From Sedimentisphaera cyanobacteriorum (GTDB taxonomy: Bacteria > Planctomycetota > Phycisphaerae > Sedimentisphaerales > Sedimentisphaeraceae): DNA of 32,000 nt. The translations under genes and the position numbers were made by a program. Positions within the stretch are counted from its first letter, which is position 1; every line of letters begins with the position of its first letter. Shown piece by piece: positions 1-7,836 of this stretch. The stretch spans positions 270,001-302,000 of the forward strand of contig NZ_CP019633.1 in NCBI RefSeq assembly GCF_001997385.1, read 5' to 3'. The notes beneath the pieces are model-generated. The model did not search any database. It saw only the letters and a list, made by a program, of their open reading frames with translations, and was not told where the DNA came from.

Positions 1-2423
1 CCTCGCTGATTGAGATGGGCTTTACCGTAAACTTCTACGAGCAGACTACCAACAGCGTGTTCGTGAATGAAAACGGCTGCATATCATTCTGGCAGGCGCT
101 CTCTGAGATACAGAACTATCTTCTCAGCAGTGATTTGGGCACGCCGGTAATCGCACCGTTCCATGCGGATGTGGATACCAGCAGAGGCAATACCGCCAAA
201 GCGGCCCGCGGAACTGCACGAGTGCTTACAGAAGACGGGTCTTACATCGACACTAAGGTGTTTGCTGTAACGTGGAATGAAGTGGGCTATTATGAGTCTC
301 ATCTGGACAAGGTAAACAAGTTCCAGTTAGTTCTAATAGACAGAAGCGACCGCGGCGAGAATGATTTCGATATCGAATTCAACTACGACCAGATCGAATG
401 GGAGACCGGAGACGACCAGAACGGAGCCGACGGGCTCGGCGGAAATTCTGCTGTTGTAGGTTTCTCAGACGGAACAGGCAGCCCGGGCAGCTTCTACGAG
501 CTCAGCGGAAGCGGGCAGCCAAGCGCCTTCCTCGATAACAGCACAACAGCTCTTATCGCCCGTTCGAGAAACAGCAACGCAATGGGACGTCTTGTATTCC
601 GTGTTAAAGAAGGCCAGCCCCATATTAAATACGGCAGCCCTGTATATACCAACGGAAGCTCCAAGATAAACTACAACGCAGATTTCGACAGATGGGACCC
701 GGCAGCGAATAATATCGTTGGCGATCCTGTATGGGCGCAGGAAGGCGTTTATTATCTCAACAAGAAATCCATAGCAATAGACCCGAACAAGCCTGAGAGC
801 CCATGCTTTGACAAGGGTGCAGGCAATGCGAGGGATTACGATATCTACAGGCATACTACAACTACTGACAACGAGCTCGATGTTGACCGTGTTGATATCG
901 GATACCATTATGTTCTTCCGACAACTGAAGGGCTCGAGGGCGATTTCAACTTTGACGGGGTGATTAGTCAGTTTGAATCTGTAGAGTCTATGGCGGAATA
1001 CTGGCTCGACGAGTGCTACCCGCCATACTGGTGCCACGGACGCGATCTCAACCAAGACGGGATCGTGAATACCCTTGACAGAACGGTAATGGCAAGCCTC
1101 AGCGAGGTGGATTCTGTAGCTCCCCAGCCTCTTTACGGAGAGAACGGCGAGCTGGTAGAGCAGGACTTCACTGAAAACCAGCCCCGCAGGATGACTTGGG
1201 AAACCAAGCCGATTTCAAACGGCTCAGGCGTGGGCGAGATTCGTATGGTGGCAAGCCTGACTACTGACAACTGCATCGGCTCTGTGGAGTATCAGTTCCA
1301 GATGACATACCCGGAAGCCAAGATTGCACGGGACTGGGGCGTTTCAAGAGAATTCCTCGATACCGGCCTGAATGTAGGGGATGAATATGCATACCGCTGC
1401 AGGGCAAGAGATGCTCAGGGCAATGAAACCAAGTGGTCTCTTGCGGGCAGAACTGTTGCAGGCGACGATTCAACGCCTCCGATTACCGATCTGAACGCAG
1501 AAAATATTTATAAGTCTAAATGGGCTCTATCTGAAACAGGTATGCTTCTCAGCCCGCACGTAGTGAACGTTGCAGGCGGATTGGCAGATATAAAGATGGT
1601 AGCTGTTGAAGCAACAGACGAAAACGGCGTAGAATACTACTTCGAATGCACAAGCGGCAACGGGCACGACAGCGGCTGGATCGAAGAGCCTGAATACATC
1701 GATACTGATCTGCCGGTTGGCGAGCTCTATACTTACAGAGTACGCACAAGAGACCTCTCCAGAAACTTCAACCTCGGCGAATGGTCTGATGAGGCCTCTG
1801 CGTTTGCAAGCATTGAAAACATAATCGATACCGAGCCGCCGGCTCCTCTGAGCTACATAATAGGCGCTGATATCGTAGATGGCGAATATTTGATATGGGA
1901 TGATTATGTATATCATACTATCACCGCTGTTACAGATTCGATTGATATATCTCAGCCTGTATGGTATCAGTTTATCTGCCTGACAAACAGCAGCTTGAGC
2001 AGTCCGAAGCTTATTCCGGGCGGAATCATAATGTTTGACGAGAGCGGCGAACGCCTCGATCCGCAGGAAAATGCCGATCTGATCGAAGAAGAAATCGAGG
2101 ATATGAAAGGCGAGGCTGCATTTGCTGAAGAAGGTGATCAGGGCGGTACTGTTACTTGGACAGTTCCGATAGGGCCAACCGGCACAACAAGCCGCTGGAA
2201 AGTGATCTGCGGCGATGCCGAAGGCAACTCCTATACTCTCGACGATCAGGAACAGATAGTAATTATCAGGAGCTTCGGTATTGAGCTCAATCTTGATGAT
2301 GTCGAAAGGATTGGCCTTGTGATTGATCCAGACGAGGAAGAGGACGACACCGCTGACGATACCGACAATACCGACGATACTGATAACACAGGCGATACCG
2401 GCGACGGCGGAACAACCATATAA
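1..2423 (+). CDS. Secreted multidomain protein, 5'-truncated by the window edge: NIDO-like domain, beta-helix cap-like motif, dockerin-like EF-hand pair, Fn3-like repeats, acidic D/T-rich tail
   Basis: The frame is open to the window edge: no in-frame stop lies upstream of the ATG at 15, and the first full codon is at 3. 'VNENGCISF..VIAPFHADVDT..AVTWNEVGYY..KFQLVLI..FDIEFNYDQIEWETGD' fits the nidogen-like (NIDO) domain pattern. 'SPCFDKGAG..VDRVDIGYHY' resembles the C-terminal cap of beta-helix surface proteins. 'DFNFDGVIS' and 'DLNQDGIVNTLD' form a dockerin-like Ca-binding pair. Two clear ~100-aa repeats carry VEY(Q/Y)F..SGW..Y(A/T)YR(C/V)R(A/T)RD, which is Fn3-like, and a degenerate third copy follows. 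The domain names come from motif recognition, not an HMM run. Confidence 0.7.
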   Translation, partial: SLIEMGFTVNFYEQTTNSVFVNENGCISFWQALSEIQNYLLSSDLGTPVIAPFHADVDTSRGNTAKAARGTARVLTEDGSYIDTKVFAVTWNEVGYYESHLDKVNKFQLVLIDRSDRGENDFDIEFNYDQIEWETGDDQNGADGLGGNSAVVGFSDGTGSPGSFYELSGSGQPSAFLDNSTTALIARSRNSNAMGRLVFRVKEGQPHIKYGSPVYTNGSSKINYNADFDRWDPAANNIVGDPVWAQEGVYYLNKKSIAIDPNKPESPCFDKGAGNARDYDIYRHTTTTDNELDVDRVDIGYHYVLPTTEGLEGDFNFDGVISQFESVESMAEYWLDECYPPYWCHGRDLNQDGIVNTLDRTVMASLSEVDSVAPQPLYGENGELVEQDFTENQPRRMTWETKPISNGSGVGEIRMVASLTTDNCIGSVEYQFQMTYPEAKIARDWGVSREFLDTGLNVGDEYAYRCRARDAQGNETKWSLAGRTVAGDDSTPPITDLNAENIYKSKWALSETGMLLSPHVVNVAGGLADIKMVAVEATDENGVEYYFECTSGNGHDSGWIEEPEYIDTDLPVGELYTYRVRTRDLSRNFNLGEWSDEASAFASIENIIDTEPPAPLSYIIGADIVDGEYLIWDDYVYHTITAVTDSIDISQPVWYQFICLTNSSLSSPKLIPGGIIMFDESGERLDPQENADLIEEEIEDMKGEAAFAEEGDQGGTVTWTVPIGPTGTTSRWKVICGDAEGNSYTLDDQEQIVIIRSFGIELNLDDVERIGLVIDPDEEEDDTADDTDNTDDTDNTGDTGDGGTTI
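2343..2408 (+). repeat. Imperfect in-frame 9-bp tandem repeat (GAC-GAT/AAT-ACC) encoding the (D-D/N-T)n / G-D-T tail
   Basis: Read directly: gac gac acc gct gac gat acc gac aat acc gac gat act gat aac aca ggc gat acc ggc gac ggc. This translates to DDTADDTDNTDDTDNTGDTGDG. Confidence 0.6.
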
Positions 2424-2437
2424 TACACAGCGTTTTC

Positions 2438-2472
2438 AAAGGCCTCCTTCCGCAGGGCGGGAGGCCTTTTTT
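2438..2472 (+). terminator. Rho-independent terminator after the NIDO-like protein gene
   Basis: AAAGGCCTCC (2438-2447) pairs with GGAGGCC (2460-2466). An inner CGC/GCG extension is present, and TTTTTT follows at 2467-2472. Confidence 0.8.
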
Positions 2473-2503
2473 GTCTTTATAATGGCTTTAGATTAAAAGA
2501 GAG

Positions 2504-3559
2504 TTGATTATGAGCGCCAATAATGTAGATAACAAAGTCGATGCCATTGAAACGGTAAACATCTTAAACGGAGCACGGAATTTTTTCTTTGTGGTGGCGA
2601 TAGTTGGTCTTTTGTGCACGCTTGGGATAATGGTTTTATCCTTTATGGGACGCATCAGCGGCTCGGCCGGTGATTACACCTTCAATTGCTCAAGCAGTAA
2701 AACTTCCTGCGGCGGCGGAAACTGCGCGCTTCCCGAAGAGAAAACTCCTAATCAGCCCCAGGATGACAAAAACGCATCTGAGCAAACTCAGGAAACAAAA
2801 CCTGAAAAAAAGGCTGAAAAAAAGCAGGATATTGCTTCTGAAGAAGAAAATGCTCAAAAAGAAAAGGCTGATTCTAAAACGAGTTCTGATGAATCAGAAA
2901 AGCAGGCTCAAGACCTTTCAGACGAGATAGACAAGGCGGCAGAAGAGATAGATTCTCAGGCCGCAGAAGCTGTTGAGCAGCTTGATAAGCTTGAAACCGG
3001 CCAGACAACTGACAGCATCGAAGAAAAGGCAGTTGAAAAGGCTGCTAAAACAAGCGAAATGGAGCTTGAAGCAAACCTCCCGGATGAGCTCAGCTCTGAA
3101 GAGCAGATGAAAGGCGAGGAAGAGGCACCGCAGCCCGCTTGGCAGCTCAGCTTTGAGAAAGCGGAGGTTATTCTTAATCTTTCCAATGGTGTGGTATTTT
3201 TCTCACTGCTGTTTTTTGCTATGACCTGTATGATGAGTACATGCGTTTCGGTATCTGCAAATCTTGGCGGTATGTCAAAGATAACCAGCGCAGTTCTCTT
3301 TGCTGGGGCAGCGGTTGTATTTTTCTTCCCGTGGCAGATTCCTTTCAGCGAGCTTTATATCGCAGGTGCTATGTATCTGCCGAAAGATATTGCTGTATTT
3401 GAAAAGATCGCAAGCCTTAGCTGGATAGACGTAATTATTGGTTCGCTTAGATATGCCGGCCTCTGGCTGCTTGTATTCGTTCTGGCTGTATTTGCCCAGA
3501 TCAACGCATGCACCTGGAAGAAGCAGGTTTCCAAGCGGATGGGTCTTATCAGCGGCTGA
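2504..3559 (+). CDS. Hypothetical integral membrane protein (about 4 TM) with a ~170-aa acidic/lysine-rich low-complexity linker
   Basis: The ORF starts at TTG 2504, but ATG 2510 preceded by AAAAGAGAG is the more likely start. One hydrophobic helix lies near the N-terminus (FFFVVAIVGLLCTLGIMVLSF). A purine-rich E/K/D/S/Q low-complexity stretch follows, then three hydrophobic segments in the C-terminal third. I recognise no family. Confidence 0.6.
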   Translation: MIMSANNVDNKVDAIETVNILNGARNFFFVVAIVGLLCTLGIMVLSFMGRISGSAGDYTFNCSSSKTSCGGGNCALPEEKTPNQPQDDKNASEQTQETKPEKKAEKKQDIASEEENAQKEKADSKTSSDESEKQAQDLSDEIDKAAEEIDSQAAEAVEQLDKLETGQTTDSIEEKAVEKAAKTSEMELEANLPDELSSEEQMKGEEEAPQPAWQLSFEKAEVILNLSNGVVFFSLLFFAMTCMMSTCVSVSANLGGMSKITSAVLFAGAAVVFFFPWQIPFSELYIAGAMYLPKDIAVFEKIASLSWIDVIIGSLRYAGLWLLVFVLAVFAQINACTWKKQVSKRMGLISG

Positions 3560-3565
3560 TAAATT

Positions 3566-4714
3566 ATGCCTAAGCGTGTTGTTATTCTCGGTTCTACCGG
3601 GTCTATAGGAACCAGCGCTCTGAATGTCATTGATGCATTGGGCGATGATTTTGAGGTTCTTGCGCTGGCTGCCAATAAAAACGGCGAACTGCTTGAAGCT
3701 CAGATACAAAAGTTTGAGCCGAAATATGCCGGAATTGTATCAGAGCAGGCTTACAGCAGTTTAAAAGAAACTCGAAACAGTAACTGCTGTATATCCAGCG
3801 GAAGCGAATGCCTTGAGCATTTTGCATCACTTCCCGAGGCAGATATTGTGCTGGTGGCAGTGGTGGGTTTTGCAGGCCTTAAGGCGGTTTTGGCTGCTGC
3901 AAAAGCGGGCAAGAGGATTGCTGTTGCAAATAAAGAGCCACTCGCCGCAGCGGGCAGCATAGTTACAAAAACTGCAAAGCAGTATGGGGCTGAGCTTCTA
4001 CCTGTGGATTCGGAGCATTCTGCATTGGCGCAGTGTTTGAGAAGCGGAAATCCGATGGAGGTTTCTAAGCTTATTCTCACCGCATCAGGAGGCCCATTCC
4101 ATGAATACACCCTTGAGCAGATTGAAGCGGTTAAATATGAGCAGGCCCTTCAGCATCCGCGATGGAATATGGGACGCAAAATCACTGTGGACTCAGCCAC
4201 AATGATGAACAAGGCCCTTGAGGTGCTTGAGGCAAGGTGGCTCTTTGATGTTCCCGCAGACAAAATTGATGTGCTCGTGCATCCGGAGGCACTTGTCCAT
4301 TCGATGGTAGAGTTTGTCGATGGTTCAATGATTGCCCAGATATCCGAGCCCGATATGAAGCTGCCCATACAATACGCACTCACTTATCCGGAAAGAGTTA
4401 AGGGGCTTTGCAGATCGGCAGATTTGGCGAGCTATCAAACTCTCACATTTAAATCGCCGAACTGCGAACTTTTCCCTGCAATGAGATTATGTTATGATGT
4501 ATGCGCAGAAGGCGGGCTGAAGCCTGCCGTTTTTAATGCGGCAAACGAGGCAGCGGTAGCGCTGTTTTTAAGCCGCAGGATATCTTTTATTGAAATTATG
4601 GAATTTGTAGAAAAAGCAATTAACAACTACCCCGCAGCCGGCGAGGTTACAGCGGAAAATATTATCGACGCTGATGAGCAAACACGCCGGTATGTTTACA
4701 GTTTGAAGAAATAA
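3566..4714 (+). CDS. dxr: 1-deoxy-D-xylulose 5-phosphate reductoisomerase
   Basis: 382 aa. Signature blocks are ILGSTGSIGTSAL (NADPH), ANKE, PVDSEHSA, LTASGGPF and HPRWNMGRKITVDSATMMNKALEVLEA. The ATG lies 6 nt after the upstream stop. Confidence 0.95.
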   Translation: MPKRVVILGSTGSIGTSALNVIDALGDDFEVLALAANKNGELLEAQIQKFEPKYAGIVSEQAYSSLKETRNSNCCISSGSECLEHFASLPEADIVLVAVVGFAGLKAVLAAAKAGKRIAVANKEPLAAAGSIVTKTAKQYGAELLPVDSEHSALAQCLRSGNPMEVSKLILTASGGPFHEYTLEQIEAVKYEQALQHPRWNMGRKITVDSATMMNKALEVLEARWLFDVPADKIDVLVHPEALVHSMVEFVDGSMIAQISEPDMKLPIQYALTYPERVKGLCRSADLASYQTLTFKSPNCELFPAMRLCYDVCAEGGLKPAVFNAANEAAVALFLSRRISFIEIMEFVEKAINNYPAAGEVTAENIIDADEQTRRYVYSLKK

Positions 4715-4718
4715 AAAT

Positions 4719-6866
4719 ATGGAAAAAAAGAAATCGAAAAAAGATTTAGTAATATCATTAGTAATCTTTCTGGCATTAATAGGCTATTTCTTTATAGCAA
4801 ATTGGGAAACTGCATCAAGCTGGGCGATCGCTCTGCTTGGTTTTGGGTTAATAATATTCATACACGAGCTTGGCCATTTCCTCGTAGCACGCGCCTGCGA
4901 TATAGACTGCGAGGCGTTCAGCATCGGTATGTCTATAGGTACGCCCTATCTTTTCGGGATTAAGAAGGCAAGAGGCGGGCTGCGAGTGAGGCTGCTTCCT
5001 AAGACCTCCGGAGTAAGGGAGAATATAGAGGACGACTGCCTTTGGATTGTAACGATTCCTCTGGGATTTAAAGAAGACGGAGACACTGAATACTGCCTCG
5101 GTCCTCTGCCAATAGGTGGGTTTGTGAAGATGAAGGGGCAGGATGATTCGGGGCCTGTGGATTCGGAAAAGGATGATGACCCCCGCTCGTTCGTAAATAA
5201 GGGCGTTGGCAAGAGGATGGCTGTTGTCTCCGCCGGCGTGATTTTCAATGTTATTGGTGCGTTTTTGCTCTTTGCAGGCCTTGCCAGATACGGGCTTGAT
5301 AAAGTCCCCGCAGTGGTGGGGTATGTTGCAGAGGATTCGCCCGCTCAGGAGGCAGGGATAGAGCCCGGAGATGAGATTGTTTCTATCAACGGGCGAAAGA
5401 TGGAGGTTGGCGGAAGGTCTAATCTCGATTATACCCACATTGTTCTTGCAGGTATCCTTGGCGGGGAGGATGAGCCGGTTGAAATGGAGCTCCGCAGGGG
5501 CGAGGATGAGCTTAAGCAGGTTCAGATTGAGCCATCAAACGCTTCCAGAACGCAGATGTTCGGGATTTACAAGCCGAAAGTTCTTGAGGTGGCCGAGTTT
5601 CAGGATGCTGAAGAATATTATGAAAGAGTTGGGCTGGAGCCGGGCGATGAAATCTTCGCAATTAACGGCGAGCATATCAGCTCTTATCAGGATTACCGCG
5701 ATAAGCTCAAAGAGATATACAAGCCCTACATCATGTTTTCAGCAAAGCGTTTTGCTGAGAATGAGGATTTGCTCGAGGCTGTTTCTTCACGTTTCAAGCT
5801 CTCGTACCCTGTAACAACGGGTAATCTCTACAACAGAACCGATAATCTGGCTAATATTCACTCGATCGTTCCGCCATTGAAAATAAACGGCGGAATAGGC
5901 GTTTTCGACCCGCGAATTGATGAGCCGGAAAAGCTCTCAGAGAGCAGATTCGTTAGGGGCGATGTGATCCTTCAGGCTGGCGATGTGAAATTCCCCACGT
6001 TCAATCAGCTCAACGATGTTGTATCGAAACACGAAAACAAACAGCTTGAGCTTGTGGTTCTCCGCGAGCTGGAAGGGCCGAGGAAAGAGGTTAGTGTTAC
6101 GGTAACCCCCGAGGTTCGTGAGAAAGGCGGAGATCCGAAAATAGGGATAAACCCGGTGCTTGCGATGTCTATGCCGATTATCGCTGACACCTCAAGCTCT
6201 GGAGAGAATTATCCAGCCGCAGACCTGCCCAAGGCTGCAAGAATACTCGAGGCAAACGGCGAAAAGGTAAGCAGCTGCTTCGATATTGTGAGTCTGCTTA
6301 AAGACGAGAAAACCAAACAGCTCAGCCTCAAGCTTGAGCTTGACAGCGGGGAAAAGAAAGATTTCTCTTTAGAGCTCAATGAAGGCAAAAGATTTGAGCT
6401 CGTAAAAGAGCTTGCAGAGCCTGAGCCGTTCGATGATTTGCGGGTTGAGTATAGAGGCGAGAATATAATTCAGGCCTTCCAGCTCGGCACGTATTGGGTG
6501 GGCGATATGCTCGGCCAGAGCATCAGCACAATCAAAGGGCTTTTTGAAAGAAAGATTGGTGCGGATATGCTTTCCGGGCCGATTGGGATAGCCCGCATAA
6601 GCCACAGGATCGTTGAGCAGCAGGATTTTGCCTTCTACCTATACTTTATGGGTATGATAAGCTGCTTCCTTGCTGTGATGAATTTCCTCCCGATTCCCGT
6701 AGTTGACGGCGGCGTATTTCTGCTTCTGGTTATAGAGAAGATTAAGGGCTCGCCAGTTAGCTACAACGTTCAGAAGGTGCTGATTTACATCGGACTTGCG
6801 CTTATTGCATTGTTATTTGCGGTGGTTATCTTCAACGATATCTCCAATATCATAAACGGCAGTTGA
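4719..6866 (+). CDS. rseP: RseP/RIP-type site-2 metalloprotease (M50 family), unusually long with several PDZ-like modules
   Basis: 715 aa. It has the HELGHF zinc motif after TM1 and the C-terminal NFLPIPVVDGG (NxxPxxxxDG) motif. Between them lie repeated PDZ-like segments (GIEPGDEIVSINGRKM, GLEPGDEIFAINGEHI, VRGDVILQAGDVKF, ARILEANGEKV). It sits 4 nt after dxr, which is the classical dxr-rseP synteny. Confidence 0.9.
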   Translation: MEKKKSKKDLVISLVIFLALIGYFFIANWETASSWAIALLGFGLIIFIHELGHFLVARACDIDCEAFSIGMSIGTPYLFGIKKARGGLRVRLLPKTSGVRENIEDDCLWIVTIPLGFKEDGDTEYCLGPLPIGGFVKMKGQDDSGPVDSEKDDDPRSFVNKGVGKRMAVVSAGVIFNVIGAFLLFAGLARYGLDKVPAVVGYVAEDSPAQEAGIEPGDEIVSINGRKMEVGGRSNLDYTHIVLAGILGGEDEPVEMELRRGEDELKQVQIEPSNASRTQMFGIYKPKVLEVAEFQDAEEYYERVGLEPGDEIFAINGEHISSYQDYRDKLKEIYKPYIMFSAKRFAENEDLLEAVSSRFKLSYPVTTGNLYNRTDNLANIHSIVPPLKINGGIGVFDPRIDEPEKLSESRFVRGDVILQAGDVKFPTFNQLNDVVSKHENKQLELVVLRELEGPRKEVSVTVTPEVREKGGDPKIGINPVLAMSMPIIADTSSSGENYPAADLPKAARILEANGEKVSSCFDIVSLLKDEKTKQLSLKLELDSGEKKDFSLELNEGKRFELVKELAEPEPFDDLRVEYRGENIIQAFQLGTYWVGDMLGQSISTIKGLFERKIGADMLSGPIGIARISHRIVEQQDFAFYLYFMGMISCFLAVMNFLPIPVVDGGVFLLLVIEKIKGSPVSYNVQKVLIYIGLALIALLFAVVIFNDISNIINGS

Positions 6867-6870
6867 GGGT

Positions 6871-7836
6871 ATGTGCAGTTCTCAAAACAGCGAATATTCT
6901 GTTAGTGCAGTAATTCCGGCATACAATGCTGAGAGAACAATCAAAAGGGCGGTAGAAAGCGTCCTGAAGCAAACTGCCCCTGTAAACGAAGTAATCGTTG
7001 TTGACGACGGCTCTAAAGACAGAACCGCAGAGATTGCTGAGAGTTTCGGCGATCAAATAAGGCTTATCAGAGGTGAAAATCGAGGAGCATCAGCGGCTAG
7101 GAATACGGGTATTAAAGCCGCCGGCTCACAATGGATAGCCTTCCTTGACTGCGACGACTACTGGCTTGAAGAGAAAAACCAGCTCCAGCTTTCTGTGCTC
7201 AAGGAGAATCCGCATATATGCTGGTCTGCCGGCGGGTACAAAATCTGCCGAGATGAAAGCGGCGATGCAAAGCCTGCCGCAGTGAATGATGAGTTTGATG
7301 AGAGCTTTGCCGCAAGCTATCTTGATTTATACCCTCAAGGTCTAAATGGCCATACAGATACAATGCTCATAAAACGCTCGCTTCTGATTGAGGCAGGGCT
7401 GTTTGATGAAAATCTCAGACGCTCTAATGATATAGATATGTGGTTCCGTGCTGCTTTTCGTCAGCCTGAAATTTTGTATGTTAATTCACCTCTCGCGGTA
7501 CAGCAGAGGCAGTTCAGCTTTATAACACGCAGCGTGATGGATGAGAAAATCCCTTTGAGGCTTGCCGAAAAGCTTTCTAATGAAGCAAAAGATGCAGGGC
7601 TTGGAGAGGAGTTTGCCCCGAGCTTGAGGATAATCCTCAAATGGTGGATACTTCTTCTAATCCGCAGCAGGAAGAGCGGTGCAGTGAGAAGAATACTCTT
7701 AGATTACAGCAGCCTTTTTTCAAGCCGGTACAGATTTTCAAACCGTCTCGGGTCATACCTCCCGAAGCTTTATTACCGTTACCTGCAGCGCAAGATTCCC
7801 GAATTGAAAGAAGCAGGCGAAAGGGGTGATATCTGA
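6871..7836 (+). CDS. Family 2 glycosyltransferase (GT-A fold), paralogue 1
   Basis: 321 aa. Motifs are VSAVIPAYNAERTIKRAVESVLKQT, VIVVDDGSKDRT, GASAARNTGI and IAFLDCDDYW (DxD). It begins 4 nt after the rseP stop. Confidence 0.9.
   Translation: MCSSQNSEYSVSAVIPAYNAERTIKRAVESVLKQTAPVNEVIVVDDGSKDRTAEIAESFGDQIRLIRGENRGASAARNTGIKAAGSQWIAFLDCDDYWLEEKNQLQLSVLKENPHICWSAGGYKICRDESGDAKPAAVNDEFDESFAASYLDLYPQGLNGHTDTMLIKRSLLIEAGLFDENLRRSNDIDMWFRAAFRQPEILYVNSPLAVQQRQFSFITRSVMDEKIPLRLAEKLSNEAKDAGLGEEFAPSLRIILKWWILLLIRSRKSGAVRRILLDYSSLFSSRYRFSNRLGSYLPKLYYRYLQRKIPELKEAGERGDI

Noticed and set aside
465-1055. Long antisense or alternate-frame ORFs inside confidently assigned genes. Examples are 465-1055(-), 1527-1916(-), 4848-5438(-), 5371-5814(+), 17336-18061(+), 19858-20350(+), 21399-21806(-), 28393-28800(+) and 31039-31365(+).
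   Set aside because: Each lies entirely within or across strongly recognised genes (NIDO-like protein, rseP, nadC/ispF, accD, plsX, trpB, trpD). Their translations are low-complexity or Cys/Arg/Ser-rich with no recognisable motifs, and they lack start contexts. These are typical shadow ORFs.
2670-2930. 86-aa lysine-rich ORF (..KKRLKKSRILLLKKKMLKKKRL..) in an alternate frame of the membrane-protein gene.
   Set aside because: It is a by-product of the purine-rich (GAA/AAG) low-complexity coding stretch. It has no RBS, and the main frame is continuous with the flanking TM segments.
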